From: Eukaryota sp. GEM-RC1
Lineage: Eukaryota
Reading direction: 5' to 3'
DNA: 64,000 bases
Assembly: GCA_040285855.1 (NCBI GenBank)
Contig: JAUFOQ010000001.1
Coordinates: forward strand, 3,100,001-3,164,000
Shown here: positions 1-12,368 of the stretch, piece by piece
Layout: the number at the start of each line of letters is the position of its first letter
Numbering within the stretch: position 1 is the stretch's first letter
Notes under the pieces: model-generated
The model's input: the letters and a program-made list of their open reading frames with translations, nothing else
The model's database searches: none
What the model was told of the DNA's origin: nothing
Made by a program: the position numbers and the translations under genes

Positions 1-3
1 TTA

Positions 4-1208
4 ATGAAATCTATTACCCACCAACAAATTGATGATGAACAGTTTGATTCCTTTTTAAGTATTCTGAAGGTCGAGACTCTTACTGGCCATGAATTATTTC
101 AATATCTGATTCAACCTGTCATTGAAAATTCAATTTTTCAGGCATCAATTGTCAAGTTTTCGTTGGATTGTTTTTCGAATGATTCAAGCATTTCAAATTT
201 TCCACTGAACTGGGTTCTGACAGTGTTAGAAATACTGAATCGTGAAAAATCATCTGAAGTATTTGAAATTATTCCACTTGTTTCCCAGTTTCAAGATTTC
301 TCTCATCAACTACTTCTTTTCTAAATCCAAAAGTATTACTTGAAATGATTAGGAAATCTTCAAGTAACCGAAACTTTTTAATATTTTGCCTTCAAAATCT
401 GATTGACTGCTGGTCGTCTGGAAAAGGAAGTTCTTGGCAATCAAATGACGTCAAAGATTGTCTTGAGTCAATCAATTTGTCGTTATTGACTGGGTCTGAA
501 ATACAATCGTTGATTCTTTCTCCTCTGGGAGATGACGACGAGTTGGTTTTAATTATTTCCAAAATGACCAATAAGGTAATTGTTCCTGGTTTAGTTGCTG
601 GTTTTGAACTTGAAAAGGAACAGTGGAGAAATGAAATGAAAAACTTACTTTTCCAAATAGAGGAATTGAACAGTGAAGTTGAGATACTGCGTCCTATGAA
701 ACAGAAAGTAGTAGATGAAGAGAATGAAAGACGAAGAATTGAACTCAGTAAGAATTTATTCAACTCTAATAGTTGTGGACCACAACTTTCCTTATCAAAT
801 AACAATTCTGTTGTTAAAAAGAATGGTGTTAGTGGTATGGACAATAGTTTTGTAGAAGTTAATATTACAGGAAATTGTTCTGTTATATTTACAAGGTTGG
901 ATAATCTTCATGGAGATGGTAAGACTGATTTTATTGGTTGGAAAAATAGAAGTAGTCTTCAGCATAATTCTGGTCCGAGTCCTTATATTTGTCCTAGAGG
1001 TTCTGGCCATGGATCTTTCTCCCCTTCAAATCCAAGTTTCCCTACAATTACCAAAGGAGAATCAATTACTGTTAGTTTTTCTAATGGTAAAGCTCACTTC
1101 AAACCTTCTACTTGTACAAATACCTTTACTATTGATATTCCTAGTTATTTGGTTTTTGGAATGTTAGTTTATGGTCAAAATCATGTATGGAAAGTGGAAC
1201 GTGTTTGA
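4..1208 (+). CDS. C-terminal part of a helical/coiled-coil protein with a SPRY/B30.2-like domain (BTB-SPRY family relative); frameshift near 315-324; probably starts before the window
   Basis: ORFs 4-324 and 345-1208 join through a -1 shift (...SHQLL / FLNPKVLLEMIRK). The C-terminus FNSNSCGPQLSLSNNNSVVKK...FIGW...VWKVE is homologous to 12115-12360 and 24964-25415. The SPRY-like fold is inferred from the LSNNN-V, IGW and beta-strand pattern. Confidence 0.6.
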
Positions 1209-1565
1209 TTGATATTGTGTTCAATTAAGACAATTTTTGTTAACAGTAACAGAAAAATCAAGGATCTTTCATAATTGATTGCAGAAATGACGTTCAGGAA
1301 TCACAGTCATCAATCTATCACTATCAGCTTCAAACGATGTAACGTGACACCACTGTATATTTTTTAAATCTGTTACTTTTATAAAAACATCAGTTTTAAA
1401 CCAATTACTTCAATTTGATAGGATATTCAAAGACGTGCATAATTAACATGATTCTGACCATCATCTCTAATTAAATTAGCATTATTTCTCAAAAAACAGA
1501 TAACCTGTGAACTTTATGAATATTGTGGTTCAAAAGAACAAAAAACTGACACAATTTAAATTTAA

Positions 1566-2601
1566 CTACGAAATTGGAGAATTTTCAACTGTAGAAACAA
1601 TTTCATCTGTACCATTAATAACCATTGGTAACTCATCAAAATAAACCTTAAATTCTTTTACAACTAATTTACTCTGAACCAAAGTCCAATCTTTACTCTT
1701 CAATTGTTTCTTAGGTGCAGGTAAAACTCCCAAAGGAGCAACTTTAGAACCTACTGCCACGTCATCATTGATATAAATAGGTACAGTGACTTCTGAAGAA
1801 TTCTTGGCGCAGAGTAACATTCCTTGAGATTTATGACCGGCCATTAAAGCTTCACGTAGATTAACAACACATAAAACTTTCTTTCCAATCAAATCTGATG
1901 GAGAGACGTGATGAGCTATTCCAGACACAATCGACCTCACGTCATCTTTTCCGAAATCAATAGTCTCGAGCATAAGTTTATCAGAGTTTTCAGCTGGTTG
2001 AGCATCTACGACAATGCCCACAGTAAAGTCTACTAAAGAAGCAGGGTTAATAGAAGGAGCTGCAGGAGCTTTTCTTCTTCTTTTCTTTCTTTTCCTTTCG
2101 TTTTTGTTCGATTTCAGCAGCGGAGGGGGCGTTCTTCTGTTCCTTTGCTTTCTTCTTGAGCTTAGCATCAGTTACGGCTGGGAGTTCAAAAGGAATGTTT
2201 AGAGCGGGAAGTTTATGAGGAACAAGAGAGGATACGTCCTGGAGGAAACGAAGAACTGAAGGGGGTATGGAGGTGACTTCGTGGGATAAGAGGTAGGATC
2301 GAAGAGTGAAGAAGAGGATGGTGTCTATGGGGGATAGATCGTTTGAGAGAATGAACTTTTGAGAAGAAAATGTTGAAGAGAGGAATCCCAGTTGTTGTCT
2401 GGATTGGAAAGAGAGATCGGACGAGAGATCACGAAGAATGGATGTAGCGAAGTTGAGCCATTGAAGAATGAAGGCAGTATCTTCTACTGAAGAGGAGAGA
2501 ACCGATGGATCGGTTAGCTGACTATCAATGAGTTCCTGGGTGTGTTGAACAAGAGTCTCAACAGAGGGAGATTGTGTTGTCATGGATCTGGAAATTGGCA
2601 T
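1566..2601 (-). CDS. Arc1p/AIMP1-like aminoacyl-tRNA synthetase cofactor (GST-C-like N-terminus, Lys-rich linker, EMAP-II/Trbp111 OB-fold); +1 frameshift in the A-rich linker
   Basis: C-terminal ORF has DFTVGIVV..AENSDKLMLETIDFG..RSIVSGI..VVNL..MAGHKSQGMLLCA, the tRNA-binding OB-fold signature. N-terminal ORF has FILSNDLSPIDTILF, GST-C-like. Removing one A from AAGAAGAAAAGCT (~2070) gives one 344-aa frame. Confidence 0.85.
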
Positions 2602-3599
2602 TGCAGCACAACATCTTTCTCTAACTCAAAAGTGATTCTCTGCTCACGATAAGATTCTGCATTATGATATGTTGCAGCCATGATCTAATTAGATTCGTTT
2701 CTTATTCTATCATTTACATTCTATAAGTATCAATTCGAGTTCATCATCAGGAATTTGTTCACTCGAAACCCCATTCATGATAGTTCAAAAGATGTTACTT
2801 CATTATTCTTTAGCAAACTCGTTCAATTTTTCAGCTTCTTAACAAAAGCTATTCACATCTTTTTCTTCATCAATCCCACATATCATATTTGAGAACTTAC
2901 TAAGTATCTGTTATTTGTACCAAAAGAGAGATCTTTAAGTTGTCTTTCGTAGAAATCTTTGGATCAAGTTCATTGCACATTTTCAAAGAAGTTCCCCTCC
3001 CTGTTTACACCTCACGTGTTTATTAACGTGGTTTTTTGTACATAATCAAATATGTTCAAGTGATGGAAGAAATTTCATCCACAAAGTATTTCTCTGAAAC
3101 CTGCAAGTTAACTTGTTTTACGTTACAGAAATCTACTCTTTCTAAACAAAAGTAGTGCTAGAAATGAACTGTTTCATATGATCCCTTTATTCATCCAAAT
3201 TGCTTTGTAAAATAATGGCGTCGTAGCACTTGAACTGTACAAGGTAATTGAATTTCCACCAATTGTATTTTCCTGAAATATTCAAAGATGGTCCAGTGCT
3301 GCAACACTGTATTCATTAACGTTTCTTAGGCTTTTGTAGACTTGTTATGCACTTCTTGGAGACATTTCAACAAATCCGTTTCCTTTCAGTCTCTAGCCTT
3401 GTTACATATTAAAATGCTGAATATGGCACCAAAATTTGTGACTTAATGCCGAAGACAATCCATTATTTACTACTGTTACTACCTCAGAGTTAGAGACAAC
3501 GGTGTGTGTAGAAAATATAAGTTTCAGTACACCTACTACCACGTCAGCTCATGTCATTTGTTGTTTTCACTAGTCTTCTTCCACCCTCTCACATTCTTT

Positions 3600-3900
3600 T
3601 GATGTGTTTGAGGCAGCGAGGGTACTTTAATTTCAGCATCTGACAGTGCTGCCCACATGAGGTCATCAACAGGACTTGGAAAAATTCTATTGATTCATCA
3701 ATTTAAGTTAGGAGCATCGAGCCCGTTTAGCTAAGCGTCAAGTTCATGTTTCGGACGGAGCTCTTCTTGAATTACGCGTTCCTCAAAAGCAAGGCGGCGT
3801 AGCTCTTGGATACGGCTTCGTTACTCTCAGTCTTCTACAGACATACGAAAATTGTCGGTTTTCGGACAGAATTCGAATTGTTGGCATCATCAGATCTCTG
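3600..3900 (+). pseudogene. Decayed RRM-protein fragment
   Basis: From ~3742 the frame reads VHVSDGALLELRVPQKQGGVALGYGFVT, which contains an RNP1-like GYGFV. Stops flank it. Confidence 0.45.
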
Positions 3901-4879
3901 TGTGTTTTTTAGACGGAGGTGTTCATCTGTTAACAGAGCGGTTATAAAAGTATCATTAATAAAATGCTAATTTTACAGTTGAAATCTTTGGGCGAAACCA
4001 ATACAAATTCCGAACCCACCAGAACATTACTAGTATGTTAAATGTGGAATCATTGCTAGATTTAATGTCTAAATCTAAGCCGTGTGTATCAGTCTTGATT
4101 TTGACCATCACATAATTGTAATGTGTTTCAGACAGATTGCATACGTGCTGATTTAACTGGTAATTGATATGTGATAAGTATGTAAACTAGCAAAGTTAGT
4201 GATCATATGTTTGATCGTTTTCTTTCACAAACAAGTAGTCACGCAAACTACGGTATATTTAGTGGATCTAGTGTAAAATATACTAATGTATGCTGTTTAT
4301 CACCCTGTTTATAAACACAAGAATGGTTTTCTCACTTTTTACTATGAATATACAGATTATGGAATTACTGTAGCTTATTTTATGGTCTGTTAATAATACA
4401 CTGAAAGAGGTGTATAGCGTTCATTGTATTCCGTCTCCAGATTGTTCGTGTGAATTACAAGCACTTTGAGTATCAATTTGTCTGTAGATGTTCTTAATTT
4501 CATTTTATACATTATCATTCTGAAATTTTAAAATCGTAGTTTATTGATTGAGCATGATTGTGAATTTGAAATCTGCAGTGTAGAAGGGGAATAAATTCGA
4601 ATGCAAGTCTACATCACGTGAAGTAAACCTCAGATCTGATGGTATACTGCATACTAAGCGGCAACTAGAATTATTCTGTGACTTACATCTGTGGGAAGAA
4701 TTCAAATGTCAAATAAATTATGGCAAAACGATTAATCGGCTTGGAAATTGCCAGAGTAACTGAACTTGTAAGTGCAATTAGTACAGAAATTTCAAATGAA
4801 TACAAATTACAGTGTGTACAAGCGGATCAAGGACACGTAAATCAATTTTCCATGTTCATCTGCCGATGTTCAGACAAAA

Positions 4880-5020
4880 AATAAGAAAATCGGCAACTGA
4901 TTCTAAAATTCACCATACTTCTGTAGAAGTGGAGCGACAATTTGGTCCAGCAAAGTGGGTCATTTGACATAGTTTAAATGATATCCTTCCACAGATGCAA
5001 TCTATGCTTCACCGCAATAG
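4880..5020 (+). mobile_element. hAT transposase C-terminal dimerization-domain remnant
   Basis: Reads HTSVEVERQFGPAKWVI, matching the hAT TSxxxERxFS motif. Confidence 0.5.
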
Positions 5021-5796
5021 TTTTGTAGCAAAACTCTGCCATGGACAGTACATTGTACTAGAAAGTCTAGTGTTGTGTTTATATAGTATATTAAGTTGAT
5101 GTTTCATTTCTTTACAATAACCTAAACCGATTAAACTGGCCAGATAACTACAACGGATGTAATAACTGGAATAACTCATTGTTCCTCAAAAGATGAGAGC
5201 ACATACTGTATGTGACCATGTAATGATTCCAAGTTTTTGAACGGAATCAAGGAGTGGACGGTAGTTGTTCAAAAACGAATTGGAGTAATCTGTTGACAAT
5301 GTCAGCTTTCATGTCATGAATCGGTTCTCCTTTGCCTGAGACTGTATTAGTCACAATGATTTATTCATTCAGTCATCATTTCCGATTCTATAAGTCCAGA
5401 AATGGAATGTGTTGAATTTGTTGATGAATACGTACAGCTAGCGCCACACATAGTGTGTTGACAAATAACAGTCAGAGCAAAACATGATATATTCACGCCA
5501 ACTTACCTGAATTAGAGACGAACCATAGTTTTCCCCAATCATCATATTAGCAAGACCCAAGCTGTGTTTTTCATTTTTTGTTTACATGTATAATGATCAA
5601 ACGAGTTGTTAACACCCGTAGTGTTCTTCCGATTGGGTTTTGTCTAATTTGCTACAAGATCCACATCGTCGATGATCTGTAAATTACATTATCCGTTGTG
5701 TACAGATCAAAAACTCACAATACCTGTACAAAAATGAAAACAAAGACATCTTGAAATACAAATATTTTACAAATTAAACAACACCCCACAATTAGG

Positions 5797-6291
5797 CTAA
5801 ATAACTGTACAACCAGAGTCAATAATCCTCCTACAAAGACTTTGAAAGATTGGCAGTCTTTTGATGTTTGACTTGGGTTCTGACAGACTCAATATATGGT
5901 TATCAGTCTGAGGATCTGGTAAGACAATTAACTTACTCTTGGAAGAGATACAAACTGAAGGACAATTAGTGGTCACAGAAGACGAAGGTTCGGAATTCAC
6001 TGCATGGCTGAAGCGACAACGAGAGCCATAAGGACAATACCCCTTGTCATGGAACGATTTGCAGTTTTCAGTTTTGAATCGAGGATGACACATCTTTGAA
6101 CGAAGTTCAGACTCAGTGTGAGCAAAGTTACAACTCTTACCGAAGTGACAATGTCCGTTTTCTAGAAGCAGACGACACATTTCGGTTTTGTACAGAGTTT
6201 GATGAGAAATTTTCTTTTCAAGACGATTCGAAACATTCTTCGCCTTTGATGGAGAGAAGACAGAACAAGTAGAGACTCTTCGGAATGACAT
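5797..6291 (-). CDS. Tristetraprolin/ZFP36-like tandem CCCH zinc-finger protein, copy 1
   Basis: YKTEMC-x8-C-x5-C-x3-H and FKTENC-x8-C-x5-C-x3-H fingers with an 18-aa linker. C-terminal RLPIF motif. Confidence 0.92.
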   Translation of the reverse strand: MSFRRVSTCSVFSPSKAKNVSNRLEKKISHQTLYKTEMCRLLLENGHCHFGKSCNFAHTESELRSKMCHPRFKTENCKSFHDKGYCPYGSRCRFSHAVNSEPSSSVTTNCPSVCISSKSKLIVLPDPQTDNHILSLSEPKSNIKRLPIFQSLCRRIIDSGCTVI

Positions 6292-6337
6292 GTAGAGATA
6301 ATAACTGTAAGGTTTGCATCATTGTTCTTAAGAAGGT

Positions 6338-6373
6338 AGTGACATGACGAACAAGTGAGAGACATTTGACATG
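6338..6373 (-). promoter_or_regulatory. TGTCA-rich upstream module (GTCATGTCACT) of CCCH gene copy 1
   Basis: TGTCAAATG-N14-GTCATGTCACT lies ~46 nt upstream of the ATG. The same 11-mer sits upstream of the unrelated cyclin gene. Confidence 0.5.
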
Positions 6374-6756
6374 AACGGTGATCGATGTTCACCTCTTCTG
6401 CCTTGCGTATCTTCAAAGAACGTAGTTGTTACATGTGTAGAAGCTTTGTTCTTAATTTGTGATATCGAATGACTCTTCGTTAAATGAGCGTTTGATTATT
6501 GGCACTTTATTACTTTTTATGTTTTATGATGAATTGATCTCGTGGTTTGATGGGATGCATTATCCTTGACATTATACACAAACTCCTTGTAATAACCATA
6601 ATCGAAATCTAAGAACAGCCAATTGAAATGAAACTTCAACAAAAACCAACAGAATCAATTAGTATAAATCAATCCTCAGTAAAGACAACATCCATGAATC
6701 AACTAAAACAACTAAAATATAGAAATTTATAATACAATGAGGACAATTCATCAGAA

Positions 6757-7258
6757 TTAAATAGTAATTGAGGCAGCAAATGGCGAAAGAAACTGTTGAA
6801 GAGACTCAGTGGAAACGAACAAGTTCCAATCCAAAAGAGATAGCATTTCACTTTCCATAGCATTAAGAACATCAGTTGAATAATGAGAGAACCCAATAAT
6901 AGACCAGCTTGAATTGGTGTAGTTCTCATCTTCAAGATACTTGAAAGCAAGCATGAAAGCAACCAGATACAAACGACGAACATTGACTTCCAGTGAAGCG
7001 AAGATGTGGATAGGACTTCTGGAGTTTGTTGAGGTAGAAAAGTGCAAGGAAAGCACATTCCAAGGTACTTTGGCTTTTGGACAGCAATCGCTTGATCCAA
7101 ACTGACAAGGAAACTTTGGGTTCGGAACCGAAATACTGCGGAGTACTATCGGGAATAGGGTCGAGCATTGAGTCCAGAATGGTTGATGCGACGGAGACAA
7201 CAGAATAGAAGCAATCATCGGAGATAGAAGTGACATTGTCATTAACAACAAAAGGCAT
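6757..7258 (-). CDS. Pho80/cyclin-U (P-type) cyclin, copy 1; one extra base at ~6990 frameshifts it
   Basis: WIKRLL..ECAFLALFYLNKL..NVRRLYLVAFMLAFKYLEDENYTNSSWSIIG..LNAMESEMLSLLDWNL. It reads ACTGGAA where the other two copies read ACTGAA (502 vs 501 nt). Confidence 0.85.
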
Positions 7259-7314
7259 GAGCAAGACTTCAGGAAAAACATCCTTGGGATTGAAGGTGTA
7301 GAACTTGTAGAGAG

Positions 7315-7355
7315 AGTGACATGACAAGATTGATGAGCATTTGACAAGATGACAT
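7315..7355 (-). promoter_or_regulatory. TGTCA-rich upstream module of cyclin copy 1
   Basis: ATGTCAtctTGTCAAATGctcatcaatctTGTCATGTCACT holds four TGTCA cores, ~56 nt upstream of the ATG. Confidence 0.5.
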
Positions 7356-8399
7356 TTGAGAAATTCACTTTGATGACCTTGTTAGATTCTTACTCTGAGT
7401 CTCGGTGGAACTTCTAGAAAGTTAGTCGTGTGTCCTAAACAAGCTTGTTCAGTTTCTTAACGATTTGTCATACCGGTTGTTTTGTGTGTCATTGCTCGTC
7501 TGTTCATTGTTGTATTGGCTATCAGTATGTCCACTTCATTAAGGCGTTGTGGTTATCCTCATGTTATTTATTTACAATTTCTCCCACTTTTCTCTCTACG
7601 ACAATTTCATCTCAAATTAATCCTTGGTTTTTTTGCTTCTATTTGATGCGTTCCTTATCGTTCCATGTGTTTGTAGATTTTTAGAATAATTTCTTTTAAT
7701 GATCACATCATCTCCTACTTGAGTTCATTTATTTTCAGTTATTGGAGTAACTCCAGTGACATTGTTTTGGATTACTTGTGAAGTCACGTAGTTTTAACAT
7801 CAAATTTCGTCAACGAAATTGATTTAGTGAGGGTAAAGGACTGTCACAACGCTTAATTCATGACACGAATCCAGGGCAGTCTATCTATTTTTCAAAGGGT
7901 CTTAGGGGAATTCTAGAAGTATCATTTCAAACAATAACAGAAGCAGTATTAAGAGACCTAAATCAGTATATCTAAAGAATGAAAAATATTGCAAGTTAAT
8001 CCCTTTAAGTGTTAATATCTATTCCACTTGAACAAGTATAAAGTATTATAAACATGATTTCTATTATATACAACACTACTGTTTGCTCATTTTTTCAGCG
8101 ACTGTAAGCAGACCGCTTTATGACTCACCGGATGACTTGACTTCTCTTCTTCAAGACGAAGCGTAACTCTCACTTTCATGACATTTAAAGTATAGTTGCT
8201 TCTTTTAAGTTTCAGATTTTCAGGATGCTTTGAATGGCTCATTGTTACTTGAACGACGGGTTCGTTGTTTCCCATATTGAGATTCTTTTAATGCACAACC
8301 ACTAAAATACACACATTCAGCAGCTTTATCGTCGTTGATTGTAAAAGGAATTAGAGCTAGTTAGATGGTTCGGTAGATCAGAAACATCAAGCATCCCGA

Positions 8400-8870
8400 A
8401 CAAGTGTTTCAAATTAACGTATGATGTAACGGGAAGCTCGACATCATTCCAATAGTTGTCAAACGGTTCTAACATCAGAATTACTTGGAGAGCAGTTTTC
8501 ACTCATAGTTTTCATTTAAAATGTTCGTCCTTTCTTAATTGGATAAATTTTCAAGAATAGTTCTTTTATTTAAAAGTCTTTGTAGAGTGATAGTAATAAG
8601 TCAAATCGTGTTGCCAGACACGATTTGTTTCGAATACCACGAACGTTTTTTTTACATCTTTTGGGAAGACTTGTTTTGGTGCTCAAAGACTCTGATAACC
8701 TCATCAGAAGTTCTGACTCAGAATCCATAACCCAGGCATTCACCCAGCTGTTTCGACAGAAGTCTTTCAGTAACAACGACAATGAATATTGTATAAACTT
8801 AAGTGAAAACATTCAAGGATGCTGTTTTCGGAGATTGTTTATTGCTGAATAGTTTCCAGGAGCCCCATTC
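8400..8870 (-). mobile_element. hAT transposase remnant
   Basis: NGAPGNYSAINNLRKQHP*MFSLKFIQYSLSLLLKDFCRNSWV resembles the hAT DNA..A...L....P.i...CxxH.L.LllKD region. VILMLEPF follows downstream. Confidence 0.45.
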
Positions 8871-9964
8871 AAAAATTACCCAATAGATTGTAAGGATGAC
8901 AGAGTTCAATTTGGAATCATCCAAGATTGTGTCGTCACCATTGTGATATTTAAAATTTATTAAATTTATCTTTCAAAATCGTTGCTGAATTCTCCTTAAA
9001 CTGCTTAAAAGAGACTGCATCGATCGCTGCGTCACCTTAAAGCTTAGAAACGGGAAAATACGGTTGTAAAAACATCGTTATTCAGATGATAACACAGGAA
9101 ATGTGACATTGTAATTACCATAGTTTGAAGCTGTTCGTAGCGATTAAACACAGTGAATAAGAAGAATAAATGTAGTTCAAGTTTCAATTTAATTGTGTGA
9201 TTCAACATCATTTATTCCACGTGAACATCTGTAGTTGTACACTTAAGATGCTGTTCATGACGTCGTTCGCACGTAAATTGAAATGATTTGACATTTTTAT
9301 TCAACAATGATATGAAGAAGTGATGAGGGACGCAACATAATATGACATAGTAGTGTGTAATTGTCAAAAGTATGATTGTACAAAACGGGACTTGTGTATA
9401 GTCTAATGCATTTTTTTAAAAAACCCGTTTTTGTTTAATACTTGCTGCTGGTGATGAAGAAGAAGATGCTTTGTGTGAAAAGAAGAGTGGCTTAATCCCA
9501 CTCATTGACAATATGTAATGTAAATGACGTAGTAGATGTTTGTGCGGAACGTCACTATTCACTAACTCTTATACAGAAATTACTACACCCAAGTTCCTCT
9601 CCAAGACTTCAAACTCCGCTGTACTTCACCCCACACCAAATTCTTTATGAGTCGGAGTCAAGTTGGAGTTCTCTCGGAACTTTACGAGTAAGTTAAGTTG
9701 GAGTGAAACTTGTTATTTCAGTAGCATTCCGAAACAGGTAGTTTAAAGTACGTCACAGGCAAAAATAAACACGTCTCGCCATGTCACTGTATCAGAGGTT
9801 ATTTGTGATAAGATATAAACATATCTGAAATGTTCCTAACACTCTTCAGTTCATGACTACACTGAGTGTAATTTGGCATCAGACATACTCTTTAAAGACA
9901 ACGGCTTTGAATACTTATTAAATGTTTCAACAAAAGCAAAACTGAGAAATTTCTGCAATGTGTA

Positions 9965-12368
9965 ATGGTGAAGGATCCAACTTGTTTCCTACTCTCAAAT
10001 ATAGAACTATGTGTAGAACTACGCAGCGCTAGTCGTATATCTACTTCTGGATGTTTGTCTGCTGTCTTAAATGGTTACAATTCTCACCTCTTCCTCATTG
10101 GTTATGAAGGCTTGTATAAGTTTTCTATCCCAATAAGCTACGTAACCGTTCAACCAGATGAATACAAGATATCCTTTTCTAACGGGCCAATTTCTTCTGT
10201 CACTCTACAAGGCTCCCTCTATAACTCTCTGAAAGATTTCCAGTCAGACATCCTTCCCCATCTGTCCTCCTCAAACTATCATTCATTTGACATTTCCCCT
10301 TCAGAGCTAGAGAAACTCTACGTCATGCACACATGGAGTAAGTCAACAACCCATTTTCATACATCATCTTGTTGGGGATCCCATGAGTATTCGATTATAG
10401 GTCAAAGTGATAGTGATATTGTATCTCAGCTCTTTCACAGTAGACAACATCAACTGCTCACTGACAAGGTTATCGTCTTCCACGGTCAATCCTATCCTTG
10501 TCACTCTTCTTTTCTCTCCTCCTTCAGTCCAGTCTTGAAAGAAAAGCTACTCAGCTCCGATCCTGAAGTAAACTTCCCCCATCTAGGGTCTTTGGTTCCT
10601 GATGCCGATCTCTTCTTCCAAATCCTAGACTACTGTTATGGACAACTCTTTCAACTTACTTTTGATAACGTTGGTTTTGTTCTTACCTTATGCTCTGCTC
10701 TTCGACTTTCCGCTTTAGTAGATGCCATACATCAGGTTATGTCTGAAGGATGCTGACTCAAATGTACGAAAGTTTACTTACAGTGAAGAGTTTACTGATG
10801 TTTCGGGATCCAAATTTTGAGATATTTTTTAGATTTTTTCTTGGTGAATCATTTAATCTTGATTTAAATAATGTCGTTGATTTCTTTCAATTGTCTGTAT
10901 ATTTTTCTGTTCCTATCTTGGAAGACACTTGTCATTCCTTTGTTTCTTCTCTTACTTCTACCGCAGATATACTTACTTTGTTGAAAATTATTTCAGAACG
11001 AAATCTTTTTATTATTCTGAGCAAAAATTTAAATCTATTTGGTAAATTTGATAATTATCGAGATCTACCATCTCCCTTCCCCTTACCTCTTTCATTTATT
11101 CTTCTTATAATTGAGGTGATGTCAAATTCATGGGTGTTCCAATGTTTAACTTTATCCATCACCAATGAAGTTTTTGAACAAGACTACCATCATTGAGTCA
11201 AGTATTTGAAAAATTGTTGTGAATGATCAAAATATCAATGGAATATATACTTTGCTACGTCCATTGTTTGATCATAACTATCTTCATCAATTCCTATTCA
11301 CTTGGTCAATGAGTGTCTTTCAGGGGGTTCAAAATGTTCACGTCATCCCTGATGATTGGTTTTTGTTGTGTTTATCTCACAGTTGTTTGAATCACCGAAA
11401 TCTGAAATTTTCAAGTAATCATTTTTTTGTTCAGAATGGACAGTAAAGAATGTTGAAGACGAAATTCTAATCATTGATTTTCAGTCAAGTGCAGACAATA
11501 TTGAAATTCTAAATTTTCTATCAAAGTTGAGTACTGACTCTCGACTTTCTCCTCTTCTAAACGCAACCTTACTAACTCAGTCTTTGAGTACTTTGAATCA
11601 ACATCACCAACAGTTAAAATCATTGATGGATAGGATTCATCGACTTGAAAACGACCAAAAACAAATTCCCATTGAGAATGTCTTCCATCCCGTGAGAGGA
11701 TGATGACGTGAGAGGTAGATCTACTGACTCTTTCTCCAATCTTGCTTCTTCTACTGGTCATTCTGTTTCCCAGAAACACACTGGAGTTGCTTCGACTAGT
11801 AATTTCAGTGGTGCTCTTTCAAAATCACTTGGTGATGGTCCCTTTAAGTGTTCAAGGGGAGATGAGTCTGATGAAGAACATGTTCGAGGTGTACATTGGG
11901 ATCCCGTATAATCCCAAGGATTAAACGGGATCGGTGTGGGAACGGGAGAGTCTATTTAGAACACGGAGACGATCGATCCGTCATTAGTTTTACTTACGGG
12001 TTAGAAATTTGTTTTTAATTTTTGTTGTTTTACTGCAATGTTCTTGTGTGAAATTGATTTCATTTCTCGTCAGATTTTTTTATCATTGTTGAAGAACAAT
12101 TGCACTCAATTGTCAATATATTCAACAACAATAATTGTTGATCAGCACTTTCCTTATCAAATAACAATAATGTTGTAAAAAAGAATGGTTCCTTTAGTTA
12201 TGGCAATAGTTTTGTAGAAGTTAATCTTTCAGACAATTGTTCTGTTAAATTTACAAGGTTAGATAATCTTCATGGTGATAGTTATACTGTCTATATTGGT
12301 TGGAAACTTAGAGGTAGATTTCAGTTTGATACTCTGAGTACTAGTATCTGTCTCAGAGTTGTGGTGAC
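9965..12368 (+). pseudogene. BTB-BTB-helical-SPRY-like gene A (disrupted)
   Basis: BTB motif TDKVIVFHGQSYPCHSSFLSSFSPVL..FFQILDYCYG. It has a ~170-bp deletion relative to gene C at ~10750, a 157-bp deletion relative to gene B at ~11437, and a ~0.4-kb insertion before a SPRY-like remnant (12115-12368) that contains a TGA. Confidence 0.75.
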
